A stretch of DNA of 64,000 nucleotides from a virus, in the IMG/VR virus record IMGVR_UViG_2599185214_000003; one strand, 5' to 3'. Below, in pieces: positions 51,653-61,063 of this stretch. The translations under genes and the position numbers were made by a program. The notes beneath the pieces are model-generated. The model saw only the letters and a list, made by a program, of their open reading frames with translations, was not told the origin of the DNA and made no database searches. Every line of letters starts with the position of its first letter. Positions within the stretch are counted from its first letter, which is position 1.

Positions 51653-54210
51653 GCGGCCTCCTCGCGTGTCGGATCGTTGGCAGCTGTGCGGCGCCGCGGC
51701 TCCTGCTCCATGAAGTCGAAAAGGCTGGGGGTCAGTGCGTCGCGCTCGGCCTCGCACAAGTAGTGCACCTGGTCTCGGAAATAGCCTGCGTTGAGCTCGC
51801 TTCCGCCGGCGCGGCGCCCGAGCTTGATCGACCGCACGCCCACCGTGCCCAAGCCATGGAACGGGTCGTAGACCAGGTCACCGCGGTTGCTGTAGCGCTC
51901 GATCAGACGGTCGACCGTGTCGAACTGCAGCGGGCAGACGTGCTTCTCGACGTTGCGGCTCGACTGCTCGCCGTTGAGGGTTCGCATGCGCACGATGTCG
52001 TGCCAGATCCAGGGCGAGTTGCTGCCCGGCGCCAGACACATGAACTTGCGCGGCAGCGCGCCACGCTCATCGAGCTTCTCGCCAATGGCGACGTGGTCCT
52101 CGAAGTCGTAGATCCTGCGCAGGCTGTCTTCGGTGAAGTACTTGGCCAGCTTCGCCGGCCCCATCGCCGCCAGCTCCTCCACGGTCAGCAGCCGGTTGCC
52201 GCTCGAACGCCAGTGCGCATGCGCATCGATCTGCCAGCGCGCCAGGCTGTAGTCGTCCTTGGACTTCGCCACCGGCTCGTCGGCGTAGCCGCGGGTCAGG
52301 TCGGTCTGCGGCTTGAACAGCAGCACGACGTACTCCGGGCAGCCGACGCCCATCTTCGTGCCGTCCTTGCACATTTCGGTGTAGCTCAGGCGATAGGTCT
52401 GGTTGTTCTCCGCGACGACATCGGTGTCGATCTGGATCAGACCCAGCTTGTGGAAACCGTGCTTGCGGAAGTGGAAGACCGTCTCCTCGTGGAAGCAGTC
52501 CATCGTCGGGCGCCCCAGGCCGGTGACGCTGCCGAAAAGCACGCGGTCCTTGACGTGGATTGCCGCGATTCGCCCGGGCTTCAGGATCCGGTACAGCTGC
52601 GGCGTCAGGAAGTCCATCTGCTGCCAGAAGTGATCGTTGCCGTCCGTATGGCCGAAGTCGTTGTAGCTCGCGCAGTACTCGTAGTGGTTGCCGAACGGGA
52701 TCGAGGTGACGATCAGGTCGACGGAGTTGTCCGGCCGCTCCATCGCTTCGAGGACGGCGTCGTTGTGCGCCACCTCGAAGCACTCACCTTTCACCACGCG
52801 GCGCTCGACGCCGATGGTCCTGGCCAGCTGCTCGTGCATGGAGAGGTGGTCCAGCCCGAAGGTGCGCACGAGGTCGGCCATCCGGTGCTGCTGCTCGTCG
52901 TGCCGCTGCCATTTCGCCTTCAGGCTAGCAACGACCTCGCGCTCGGCTTCCGTGTGGATGATGTCGATGCGCGCCGGCACCTCGAGCGATCCGCCGAAGC
53001 GGTAGACGCGGTGAATGGCCTGGATGAAGTCGTTGAACTTGTGGCCGATGCCCGCAAAGATCTCGCGGTGGCAGTGCCGCTGGAAGTTGCAACCGCTGCC
53101 CGCGATGATCGGCTTCGTGGACAGGATCCGGAATTCGCCATCGCTGAAGCCGACGATGCGGCTCTCACGCTCCTCCAGGTCCTGGGTCCCCCACACGCTG
53201 ACGGCCTCGGGGATAGCCTCTTGCAGCGCATGTCGCTCATCCTCGAGGTCGTGCCAGATGACGAAGTGGTCCGCCGGCGCCTCATTGATCAACTCCTGCA
53301 CCTTCGCCACGCGCTCGGGGATGGTCGTACGCTTCTCGTTCGCGGTCGCCGACAGGCTCAGCGAGGTGTTCTGGATCAGCAGGCCCTGCCCGACCTTGTC
53401 CGTGCCCGCGGCCGAGTAGTCGCTCGGAATCTCGTGCCAGCGGACATCCAGCGCCGGCAGGATGTAGCCGTCGTCGCTGTGGCCGAGGTCGCTGGGCTTC
53501 GTGATAACCACGGCCCAGCTGGCCACCCACATCCAGAACTCCCGCTCCTTGTGCGGGTAGAGAGTGAGGTTGCCGGCCTTCTCGCTATCGCGCTGGAAAA
53601 AGCGAGTGAGGGCCTGGCCAGAATCCATGATGCCGAGGTAGGCGGCGTAGTGGATCAGCTCCTTGAAGCGGTTCGGGTCCGGCGTGGCGGTGAAGACCGA
53701 CTTGAACTCGACGGGCGCGAAGGCTGGCAGGAACTCCTGATAGGTCTTGCTGCCATAGCTGCGCAGGACGCTGGCTTCGTCCAGGCCGGTTGCGCGGAAG
53801 CGCGCCGGCGTGATGTTGCCCTCGCGCACAGCCTCGTAGTTCGTCAGGTAGATCGTCGCCGGGTCATCGATCTCGCTGTCGCGGCGGATGAAGCGCAGGT
53901 CGATTGCGCAGTCGCCGAGGAAGCGCTGCTCGGCCTCGCGGAAGAACTCCTGGCGCACGCCCAGCGGGATGACGCCGAGCCGATAGGCGTCGGGGAAGCG
54001 GCTGCCCACCTGGCGAAGTAGCTCCAGCAGCGTGGCTGTCTTGTGGAGCCCGAAGCTGGCAAAGCACGCGCGACTGCCGCCCTTGGCCATCCACTGCACG
54101 ATGTCGCCGGTGTGCGGCCTCAGAGCAGGGTTGATGGCTTCGCGCGCCACCTCGAAGCCGTTGGCCGGGGCGAGCTTGATCTTGTCGCGAAGGAAGTCGA
54201 TGTAGCCCAT
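51649..54210 (-). CDS. SNF2-like helicase fused to an N4/N6 DNA methyltransferase
   Basis: GLHKT, LDEAS, TATP, QAIHRVYRFG; then VTSIPF, HVCPLQ, VYDPFHGLGT. Confidence 0.88.
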   Translation of the reverse strand: MGYIDFLRDKIKLAPANGFEVAREAINPALRPHTGDIVQWMAKGGSRACFASFGLHKTATLLELLRQVGSRFPDAYRLGVIPLGVRQEFFREAEQRFLGDCAIDLRFIRRDSEIDDPATIYLTNYEAVREGNITPARFRATGLDEASVLRSYGSKTYQEFLPAFAPVEFKSVFTATPDPNRFKELIHYAAYLGIMDSGQALTRFFQRDSEKAGNLTLYPHKEREFWMWVASWAVVITKPSDLGHSDDGYILPALDVRWHEIPSDYSAAGTDKVGQGLLIQNTSLSLSATANEKRTTIPERVAKVQELINEAPADHFVIWHDLEDERHALQEAIPEAVSVWGTQDLEERESRIVGFSDGEFRILSTKPIIAGSGCNFQRHCHREIFAGIGHKFNDFIQAIHRVYRFGGSLEVPARIDIIHTEAEREVVASLKAKWQRHDEQQHRMADLVRTFGLDHLSMHEQLARTIGVERRVVKGECFEVAHNDAVLEAMERPDNSVDLIVTSIPFGNHYEYCASYNDFGHTDGNDHFWQQMDFLTPQLYRILKPGRIAAIHVKDRVLFGSVTGLGRPTMDCFHEETVFHFRKHGFHKLGLIQIDTDVVAENNQTYRLSYTEMCKDGTKMGVGCPEYVVLLFKPQTDLTRGYADEPVAKSKDDYSLARWQIDAHAHWRSSGNRLLTVEELAAMGPAKLAKYFTEDSLRRIYDFEDHVAIGEKLDERGALPRKFMCLAPGSNSPWIWHDIVRMRTLNGEQSSRNVEKHVCPLQFDTVDRLIERYSNRGDLVYDPFHGLGTVGVRSIKLGRRAGGSELNAGYFRDQVHYLCEAERDALTPSLFDFMEQEPRRRTAANDPTREEAA

Positions 54211-54524
54211 CAGGCGTGACCTCCCCGCTGCGCGAATTCGGGGCCCTCAAAAGGCCCTGTCAGTTTGCGCATCGCGTCGGTACGCTCCCCGTCATGAATC
54301 AACTTCTCCGCAACCATTTGTCGCCACGTCTTGCCGTAGCAGGTCAGGTAAATGAAGTCGCGCAGCAGCGTGGCGGTGTCGGTGTTGCTCAGAGCGCAGT
54401 GACGACGGAATACCTCGTCAGTCGTCTGGTCAACCTTGGTCTTCAGGTCCTCGGTCAGCTTTCCGAGTGGCCCGGCGATGCCGCGGGCGAAGGCCGGCTC
54501 TTGGTCTTGGTCGATGGTGGACAT
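54210..54524 (-). CDS. Hypothetical regulator (CII position; possible ribbon-helix-helix)
   Basis: 104 aa; LTEDLKTKVD...ATLLRDFIY; two genes downstream of cro. Confidence 0.55.
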   Translation of the reverse strand: MSTIDQDQEPAFARGIAGPLGKLTEDLKTKVDQTTDEVFRRHCALSNTDTATLLRDFIYLTCYGKTWRQMVAEKLIHDGERTDAMRKLTGPFEGPEFAQRGGHA

Positions 54525-54551
54525 CTCGAACTCGTGGTGGGGGTGAAGTGG

Positions 54552-54734
54552 TCAGCCGATCGGCTGCAGGTCGGCGACGCGGGCAGCGAACACGTCGCGG
54601 AAGACGGTGTGGCGCCAACTGCCTTCGGGGAACGGGTTCGCCAGGGCGAGCTCTTCGCCCCGCTCGGCAGCCTGCGCGGCGATGTCGGCGACCTCTTCGT
54701 GGCTCAGTGAGGAGAGAGGCTTGACGTGCATCAC
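54552..54734 (-). CDS. Hypothetical phage protein
   Basis: 60-aa ORF coupled to the cro stop. Confidence 0.55.
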   Translation of the reverse strand: MMHVKPLSSLSHEEVADIAAQAAERGEELALANPFPEGSWRHTVFRDVFAARVADLQPIG

Positions 54735-54928
54735 GCGGCCTCCTTCGACTGAGCAGCTGGCAATTGCTGCGCGAGTGCCGCCAACTTGAGAGCCTCTTCG
54801 GCACCTGCCGCCACCTTCCCTGCTTCCCAGCGCGAAATCTTGGATTGCGCGATGCCGGTGCGCCTGGCAATTTCGGACTGCGACAGCGTGGCGCGAAGCT
54901 GTCGGATCACCGCTTGAATTTGGGTCAT
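54731..54928 (-). CDS. cro: Cro-like HTH repressor
   Basis: Likely start ATG 54928; LSQSEIARRTGIAQSKISRWEAG; divergent from cI. Confidence 0.85.
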   Translation of the reverse strand: MTQIQAVIRQLRATLSQSEIARRTGIAQSKISRWEAGKVAAGAEEALKLAALAQQLPAAQSKEAA

Positions 54929-54934
54929 GCAGTG

Positions 54935-54992
54935 ATTATGCACTTCTGCATTGCTATTTCAAGCAGTATTGCATTAAGTATTTCTGCATAGT
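54935..54992. promoter_or_regulatory. cro/cI control region with three ATGCA-N4-TGCAT-like operators
   Basis: ATGCACTTCTGCAT 54938-54951, AAGCAGTATTGCAT 54961-54974, AAGTATTTCTGCAT 54976-54989. cro promoter TTGAAA-N16-CATAAT on (-); cI -10 CATAGT 54987-54992. Confidence 0.8.
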
Positions 54993-54998
54993 CGAGGC

Positions 54999-55754
54999 AT
55001 GGACGGAGTCACCCTCTTCAACAAGCTCCTGGCGAAACGTGGACTAAACCCGACGTCGCTGGCCGCCGCTATCAAGCGCCCGACTGCTCAGTCGGGCTTC
55101 GACCGCTTCAAGAAGGGCGACATAAAGCAACCTCGGCGAACAGAAAGTTTCGACCTGGCCGCGCGCTTCCTGGGCGTCGATGCGCTCGCCTTCTATGACG
55201 AGGACTTGGCGGAGCGCGAGTGGGCGCGCGTCGAAGGAAATGCTCCGGAAGAAGGACTTCCCAGCGCCCCACCTGCATCTGCGCCGCACGCTGATGCAGG
55301 GGAAGTTGTGATCGTCCAGTACGAGGTCAGCGGCGGCATGGACACGCGAGGAAAGCTGCTGCTCGAAGCCGAACCGCCAGGCATCATCAAGAGCTGGAGA
55401 GTGGATCGCGAATGGCTGCAGCTCAATGTTCGCTCGTACACCAGCCTAGCGAACCTCTGCATCGTCACGGGGTTCGGTCCCTCGATGAAGGGGATGTTTA
55501 ACCCGGGCGACCCGCTGCTGATGGACCGCGGCGTGAATCGCGTCGACCACGAAGGCGTGTACTTCTTCCGAGTGGGCGATGAGGGCTACATCAAGATCCT
55601 GCAGCGCGTCCCCGAGTTCAATGGGCCCGGCTTTGTGTTGCGCGTGATCTCGAAGAACAAGGACGATTTCCCCCCCTACGACATCTCGCCCAAGAACCCG
55701 CACCTTCACATCATTGGCAAGATCCTCACCGTCTGGAAGAGCGAGCAGTACTGA
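54999..55754 (+). CDS. cI: CI-type repressor with S24 peptidase domain
   Basis: N-terminal HTH; SGG cleavage-site region; GPSMKG (catalytic Ser) and YIKIL (catalytic Lys). Confidence 0.9.
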   Translation: MDGVTLFNKLLAKRGLNPTSLAAAIKRPTAQSGFDRFKKGDIKQPRRTESFDLAARFLGVDALAFYDEDLAEREWARVEGNAPEEGLPSAPPASAPHADAGEVVIVQYEVSGGMDTRGKLLLEAEPPGIIKSWRVDREWLQLNVRSYTSLANLCIVTGFGPSMKGMFNPGDPLLMDRGVNRVDHEGVYFFRVGDEGYIKILQRVPEFNGPGFVLRVISKNKDDFPPYDISPKNPHLHIIGKILTVWKSEQY

Positions 55755-55776
55755 CTTCTGCCCCCGGTCACAAGGC

Positions 55777-55798
55777 CCGCCGCGAGCGGGCTTTTTTA
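55777..55798 (+). terminator. Intrinsic terminator after cI
   Basis: GCCCGC-CGCGA-GCGGGC followed by a T-run. Confidence 0.8.
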
Positions 55799-55838
55799 CG
55801 CGCCACGCAACAGGGGCGACCGATTCCCCGGAAAAACA

Positions 55839-55879
55839 ATGCACAAGTGCATTGACACTTCAATGCAGTTCTGCATAAT
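55839..55879 (+). promoter_or_regulatory. Early promoter with two operators
   Basis: TTGACA 55852-55857, N16, CATAAT 55874-55879; operators ATGCACAAGTGCAT 55839-55852 and ATGCAGTTCTGCAT 55863-55876. Confidence 0.85.
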
Positions 55880-55917
55880 GCACTTCGCGGCCACCGAACG
55901 GCACGCGAGGAGCGCAA

Positions 55918-56118
55918 ATGCAAAACAACCCCGGGCGAACCGCCCACGCCAAGCCGGCCGCCGTAGCGCCGCCCGGCGCCGACTTCACTGAAGAGCAGCT
56001 GATCGCCTTCGACCGCGCCTATGCGGTCGCCAAGGACACGGGCGCCCTGGACCAGATGCGGGTCGCGGCCGCCGTGAGCCTGGATCTCTCCCACAACCGC
56101 TCGGCGAGGCTGGCATGA
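55918..56118 (+). CDS. Hypothetical early protein
   Basis: SD GAGGAG; first gene after the early promoter. Confidence 0.6.
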   Translation: MQNNPGRTAHAKPAAVAPPGADFTEEQLIAFDRAYAVAKDTGALDQMRVAAAVSLDLSHNRSARLA

Positions 56119-56237
56119 AGGCGGTCCTGCAAGCCCAGCTGCTGGAAATTCAGCGCCAGATTGCCGCCATGCGGCGCCGCTACGCCGAGGTGCGCCGCGA
56201 GCGCTCCATGGCACCACTCGAGTGGTGCGCGGCATGA
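56115..56237 (+). CDS. Small hypothetical early protein (not in the ORF track)
   Basis: 40 aa, MKAVLQAQLLEIQRQ...; ATGA overlaps at both ends. Confidence 0.55.
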   Translation: MKAVLQAQLLEIQRQIAAMRRRYAEVRRERSMAPLEWCAA

Positions 56238-56455
56238 GCACGCAGCACACGCCGCAGACGAAGCTCGTCTCGATGAACCTCGGCGGCAATCTTCACGACG
56301 TCGCCCGGTATCTCACGAAGTTCGGTCTGTCCGACTTCTTCGTGCAGGCGGAAACCAGTGGGTTCAACGCCACGATCCTGCTCCGCTTGCCGATCGACTG
56401 GCCCCTGGACGGGCATGGCCCCCTGCCGGCCTCGGGGAGCACCAGCCATGGCTAA
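56234..56455 (+). CDS. Hypothetical early protein
   Basis: ATGA-coupled start at 56234. Confidence 0.55.
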   Translation: MSTQHTPQTKLVSMNLGGNLHDVARYLTKFGLSDFFVQAETSGFNATILLRLPIDWPLDGHGPLPASGSTSHG

Positions 56456-56672
56456 GAAATCCGCCGCCAAGCGCATCGCGCGCCTCGAATCCGTCTGCAT
56501 CGGCGCCGGGTTCCTGCTGCGTCAGCTGCAGGCCCGCTACGGCGCCGACTTCAGCCACGGCATGCACACGCAGGTCGGCCAGTGCCTTCGCGACTGCCAG
56601 CAGATCGAAGCTGCACGCACCGAGCGGGAGGCCCGCGCGGCCGCTGCCGCGGCGCCGGAGGTCGCAGGATGA
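56448..56672 (+). CDS. Hypothetical early protein
   Basis: MAKKSAAKRIARLE...; SD GGGGAG. Confidence 0.55.
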   Translation: MAKKSAAKRIARLESVCIGAGFLLRQLQARYGADFSHGMHTQVGQCLRDCQQIEAARTEREARAAAAAAPEVAG

Positions 56673-56899
56673 GCACCACACCGAAGCTCGGCATCGTGCT
56701 GACCATGAAGCTCCGCACGGGCGGAATGGTGATGGACTACAAGGGCGGCATCGCTGACGGCCTTGAGCTGGCGTTCTCGGCGCTTCACGACAAGCCGAAA
56801 ACGCGAGCCAAGCTGCTCGCGAGCCTGACGCAGCAGCACCAGCGGATGCTCGGCAGCGAAGCCCAGGTTGCCGGTCCCGAGGAAGGGACCCCGTCGTGA
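56669..56899 (+). CDS. Hypothetical early protein
   Basis: ATGA-coupled start at 56669. Confidence 0.55.
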   Translation: MSTTPKLGIVLTMKLRTGGMVMDYKGGIADGLELAFSALHDKPKTRAKLLASLTQQHQRMLGSEAQVAGPEEGTPS

Positions 56900-57087
56900 G
56901 CATCACGCGCCGCACCCTCATGCAGCACGCAGTCGACTGGGCGCTGGGCACCCTCGCCTGCTTCGGCCTGCTGATGCTCATGGCATGGATGGACTGCAGA
57001 AAGGCGGAGGCCGACGCGCTGCGCCTGTCCATCGCCGAGTCCAACGACCGAGCCGCCCAGCTCGCGACCGCGAAAGGTCCGCGATGA
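56896..57087 (+). CDS. Small membrane protein
   Basis: One hydrophobic segment; GTGA coupling. Confidence 0.55.
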   Translation: MSITRRTLMQHAVDWALGTLACFGLLMLMAWMDCRKAEADALRLSIAESNDRAAQLATAKGPR

Positions 57088-57203
57088 ATCGCGCCCGGCT
57101 CCGCCTCGCCCTCGCCGACCCGCACATGGTGGTCACCGCCGCCTGCGCGCTGGCCGGCCTTTTCGTCATCGCCCTCCTCATCTACGAAAGGATCGCATCG
57201 TGA
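57084..57203 (+). CDS. Small membrane protein
   Basis: 39 aa with a TM segment; ATGA coupling. Confidence 0.5.
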   Translation: MNRARLRLALADPHMVVTAACALAGLFVIALLIYERIAS

Positions 57204-57439
57204 GCGTTCGCCTTGTCCATCCGCCGCGCCCGCAGGCCGGCACCAGCGCCGCACCGAACGGCTTCCCGCCAGCAGCCAACGACGATTCCATCGGCGGCCT
57301 CTGGTTTCCGTCCACCAGCCGCGACAACCTGATCGTCGCCGGCCTGGTCCTGCTGCTCATCCTCGCCGCGGTGCTGCTCGCCCTGTACGGAGACGGTGCG
57401 AAGGGCTCCTGGCTCGCTCTCTGGGGAGCCACGAAGTGA
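57200..57439 (+). CDS. Small membrane protein
   Basis: LIVAGLVLLLILAAVLLAL TM segment; GTGA coupling. Confidence 0.55.
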   Translation: MSVRLVHPPRPQAGTSAAPNGFPPAANDDSIGGLWFPSTSRDNLIVAGLVLLLILAAVLLALYGDGAKGSWLALWGATK

Positions 57440-58254
57440 CTGCCGTGCTCGCCCAAGAAGACCAGCCGGCCTTCGCGTCGCGCCCCTCGGTCGTCCTGCC
57501 GCCACGCAACGAGATTGCGACTGTGCTGCACGCGATCACCGCCGCTGCCCACGACCCCAGTGTCGACATCGACAAGATGGAGCGGCTGTTGAGCATGCAC
57601 GAGCGCATGCACGCCCGCGCCAACGAGCAGAAGTTCAACGCGGCGATGACCAAGGCCCAGGCCGCGATGGGCCCGATCTCGGCCGACGCGGTCAATCCGC
57701 AGACCCGCAGCACCTACGCCAGCTACGCGCAGCTGAACCGCGCGCTGCGTCCGATCTACACGAAGAACGGCTTCGCGCTCAGCTTCGACACCGACGACAG
57801 CCCGAAGGAGAACCACATCCGCGTGCTCTGCTACGTGTCGCACGCGGCCGGGCACATGCGCACCTACAAGTGCGACATGCCGGCGGACGGCAAGGGCGCA
57901 AAGGGCGGCGACGTCATGACGAAGACCCACGCCCAGGGCTCGGCGATGACGTACTCCCAGCGCTACCTGCTGAAGCTGATATTCAACGTCGCCATCGGCG
58001 AGACCGACGACGACGGCAACGGCGCGGGCCGCACCCCGGGCGCAGACGACATTCGGCAGGCAACCGAAGCCGACCGGCTCGCAGACGGACTGTTCCAGCG
58101 CCTCCAGCAGACCAAGACCGACGCCCAGGCCGCAGCCCTGTGGGCGGAGGGTTGCGTCGCGCTGGCGGAGACGAAGCGCCGCGACCTCTACGACGAGTTC
58201 AAGGAGTCGGTGATCACCCACCGCCGGAAGCTGAAGGCAGGAGGTCGCTCGTGA
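57436..58254 (+). CDS. ERF-family single-strand annealing protein
   Basis: DIDKMERLL...FNAAMTKAQ...YASYAQL...GSAMTYSQRYLLKLIFNVAIGETDDDG. Confidence 0.88.
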   Translation: MTAVLAQEDQPAFASRPSVVLPPRNEIATVLHAITAAAHDPSVDIDKMERLLSMHERMHARANEQKFNAAMTKAQAAMGPISADAVNPQTRSTYASYAQLNRALRPIYTKNGFALSFDTDDSPKENHIRVLCYVSHAAGHMRTYKCDMPADGKGAKGGDVMTKTHAQGSAMTYSQRYLLKLIFNVAIGETDDDGNGAGRTPGADDIRQATEADRLADGLFQRLQQTKTDAQAAALWAEGCVALAETKRRDLYDEFKESVITHRRKLKAGGRS

Positions 58255-59186
58255 TCCTGCTGAACCATCCTCAGGGAAGCGAAGACTGGCTACGCGCGCG
58301 CTGCGGCGTGGCCACGGCCTCGCGCTTCAGTGAGGCTCGCGAGAAAGTCGGCGGCCTGACCGAGCAGCAGCGCCTGTATGTCGATGCCCTGATGGCCGGC
58401 ATGGCCGAGCCCGATGCTTGCGCGAAGGCCGGCTACAAGAAGAAGCCCAGCGCAACCGCCGTCACGAAGGCACTCAACGGCGAGCCCATCGAAGAGCCAG
58501 GCGCTGCGGCGATCAAGTACGCATGGCTCGTTGCCATCGAGACCATTAGCCGCGAGCCGCTCGACGACACGTTCGTCACCTACGCGATGCGCCGCGGGCG
58601 GGATCTCGAACCGCGTGCGCGCATGGTCTACGAGAAGCGTACCGGCGCGCTGGTCGAAGAGGTCAGCTTGATCCTGACCGACGACGAGCGATTCGGCTAT
58701 TCGTCGGACGGACTGATCGACGACGACGGCATGGTCGAAATCAAGTGCCCCCTCGCCTGCGACAAGCTGGGGCAGGTCTGGGCCAGTCCGGAGACCGCGC
58801 ACCTCGAATACATCGACCAGATCAACGGCGGTCTCTGGATCACCGGGCGCCAGTGGTGCGACCTGGTCGTGTATTGCCCCTGGCTGGAGCCTGTCGGCAA
58901 GGACCTGTTCGTCAAGCGCATCTACCGCAACGAGGACGCCATAGCCGCTCTCGAAGCGGACTTGATCGGCTTCATGCGGCTGGTGGACAGCCACCTCGAG
59001 GTGCTGCGCACACCCACCAAGATGTCCGGTGCCCCCAAGGTCGCCCCGACCGACGCGCCCGCGCCAGCGAGCGCCCCCGCCCCCTCCCCTACAGCGGCAC
59101 CTGCTGCCGCCGCCGAACTTCCCCTGTTCCCCGATCCCGCCACGCCCCCGCGCGGCGGCCACGCCGTTGTCGACAACCCGTTCTGA
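58251..59186 (+). CDS. YqaJ / lambda-exonuclease-like recombination nuclease
   Basis: QGSEDWLRARCGVATAS...RGRDLEPRAR...SSDGLI...EIKCP...QINGGLWITG. Confidence 0.9.
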   Translation: MILLNHPQGSEDWLRARCGVATASRFSEAREKVGGLTEQQRLYVDALMAGMAEPDACAKAGYKKKPSATAVTKALNGEPIEEPGAAAIKYAWLVAIETISREPLDDTFVTYAMRRGRDLEPRARMVYEKRTGALVEEVSLILTDDERFGYSSDGLIDDDGMVEIKCPLACDKLGQVWASPETAHLEYIDQINGGLWITGRQWCDLVVYCPWLEPVGKDLFVKRIYRNEDAIAALEADLIGFMRLVDSHLEVLRTPTKMSGAPKVAPTDAPAPASAPAPSPTAAPAAAAELPLFPDPATPPRGGHAVVDNPF

Positions 59187-59194
59187 GAGGTCCC

Positions 59195-60307
59195 ATGTCC
59201 GAACTGAGCACCCCCACTTCCACTGAAGTCAGCACCCAGCCCACGACGATCGCCCAGGCGGCGCTCGCCCTGTTCTCGCCGCTGGAGAACGACATGCAGG
59301 TCCTGGCCACACGCCATCGCGACGTCGTCTTCGACATGAGCACGCCGAAGGGCTTCAAGGCCGCCAAGGATGCGCGCCTCGAGCTCCGCGAGTCCGGCCG
59401 CTTCGCAATCCAGCGTCTGCGCGACAAGACGAAGGACCAGCTCAACGACTGCAAGAAGGTCATCGACGGCGAGGCCACGCGTCTGATCGCCATCGTGGAG
59501 CCGGTGGAAACCTTCGTCGACGAGCAGATCAAGGTGCACGAGAAGAAGCTCGCCGACGAAAAGGCTGAGCGCGAACGCATCGAAGCCGAGCGCACGCAGA
59601 AGCACCTGGACGCGATCGAAAAGATCGAAGGCTACATCGCCAAGGCCGAAGGTTTGCCGATCGCACGCATTGAAATCGGCCTGGCCTACGTGCGCGAGAT
59701 CGACGTCAGCGAGGCTGTGTTCGAGGACTTCGCGCCGCGGGCTGCCGCGCAGAAGGAAGCGACCATCCGAGCGCTGGAGAAGAAGATCACCGAAGCGCGC
59801 GAGCGCGCCGCCGCCGAGGAGCAACGTCTGGAGAACGAGCGGCTTCGCGCCCAGCTCGCCGACCTGCAGCGCCAGCAGGCCGCCGCCCCTGCCGCCGCGC
59901 CGGAACCGGCGCCTGCTGCCGCCGTTCAAGACCCCGCGGCCGAGCGACAAGATGCCCCAGAACCGGCTTGCCCGGCCCCTGCGGTCGCGCCACGCCCTGC
60001 CGGCCGCGTGACCGCTGCCACGGATCCTGCACCGGCCACCGCGCCGGTCCGTCAGTTCGAGGTGGGCGCGATCGCTGCCAACGACGCGGGCACGGCCAGC
60101 ACGCCCACGCTGCGCATCGGCGACATCGCCGCGCGTCTCGGCTGGACCATGACCGCCGAGCAGCTGCGCAGCCTGGGCATCGAGCCTGCGGCCCGCGAGC
60201 GCGGCGCCACGCTGTACCACGAGCACCAGTTCCCCGAGATCTGCGCAGCCATCGCGAACCGCGCCAACGAAGCCGCCGCTGCCCACGCGCAGCGCCTGGC
60301 CGCCTGA
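59195..60307 (+). CDS. Coiled-coil hypothetical protein (possible Gam-like accessory)
   Basis: Start ATG 59195 after SD GAGAGG; long coiled coil and a C-terminal RIGDIAARLG HTH-like region. Confidence 0.6.
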   Translation: MSELSTPTSTEVSTQPTTIAQAALALFSPLENDMQVLATRHRDVVFDMSTPKGFKAAKDARLELRESGRFAIQRLRDKTKDQLNDCKKVIDGEATRLIAIVEPVETFVDEQIKVHEKKLADEKAERERIEAERTQKHLDAIEKIEGYIAKAEGLPIARIEIGLAYVREIDVSEAVFEDFAPRAAAQKEATIRALEKKITEARERAAAEEQRLENERLRAQLADLQRQQAAAPAAAPEPAPAAAVQDPAAERQDAPEPACPAPAVAPRPAGRVTAATDPAPATAPVRQFEVGAIAANDAGTASTPTLRIGDIAARLGWTMTAEQLRSLGIEPAARERGATLYHEHQFPEICAAIANRANEAAAAHAQRLAA

Positions 60308-60332
60308 ACTCCGACCACTCCGAGGAGCAACC

Positions 60333-60761
60333 ATGCCCATGACGAAAGACTCTCTCGCAGCCCTGTTGAATGGGCGCGAGTACTGCAAAGAAATCACCGC
60401 CGAGGAAGAAGCCGAAGCGAAGGCCAACGGCCTGCTGGTCATCTTCGGCGCCAGCGATGACCTGACGGAGTTGCGCGGCGCGCTGCACGACGAAGCCGGC
60501 ACCTACGGGAGCGCCACCCTCCGGATCGACGCCAAAGGCTTCGTGCCGGACTGGGACAGCGTCGACCACGACGACGAGGACGCATGCGCCGACTACTTCG
60601 CCCGCAAAAACGGCGGCTTCGAGATCAACGCCAAATGGGCCGAAGGCGACTACTCCTGGGTCATCGAGACGTCCGCACCGTGCGCCACCTTCGACATCTT
60701 GGATGACGGCGAGAAGTACTGCCGCGGCATCGTCATTGACCTGGCCGAGATCGCCTCCTGA
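60333..60761 (+). CDS. Conserved acidic phage protein
   Basis: 142 aa; GLLVIFGASDDL...YCRGIV; SD GAGGAG. Confidence 0.7.
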   Translation: MPMTKDSLAALLNGREYCKEITAEEEAEAKANGLLVIFGASDDLTELRGALHDEAGTYGSATLRIDAKGFVPDWDSVDHDDEDACADYFARKNGGFEINAKWAEGDYSWVIETSAPCATFDILDDGEKYCRGIVIDLAEIAS

Positions 60762-60784
60762 CTGCACCACTACCAGGAGCACCT

Positions 60785-61063
60785 GTGTCCAAGACCCACA
60801 CCCCAGCCGAAGACGGCGCCGAGCTGATCGTCATCGCGATGAAGCCCGTTCAGTCGCAGCAGATCGCTTCCATCGGCTACGACGCCGACAGCAGGACCCT
60901 CGCCGCGACGTTCACGCGCGGGCCCGGCACCGTCTACCAGTACCCGAACGTGGACGCGAAGGTGTTTGCCGACCTCATGACTGCCGACTCCCTCGGCTCC
61001 TACTTCGGCAAACACATCAGGCCGCTGGCCTGCAAGAAGTTCGCGCCGCCGGCGGCCGACTGA
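60785..61063 (+). CDS. KTSC domain protein
   Basis: VQSQQIASIGYDADSRTL...VYQYPNV...LMTADSLGSYFGKHIR. Confidence 0.88.
   Translation: MSKTHTPAEDGAELIVIAMKPVQSQQIASIGYDADSRTLAATFTRGPGTVYQYPNVDAKVFADLMTADSLGSYFGKHIRPLACKKFAPPAAD

Noticed and set aside
3443-60502. Many long antisense or alternate-frame ORFs in the track (e.g. 3443-5872, most of 9488-13438, 23980-26895, 36522-39194, 51607-54021)
   Set aside because: They are shadows of real genes in high-GC DNA, with Arg/Ala/His-rich nonsense composition. Only 12956-13438 of the 9488 ORF is retained.
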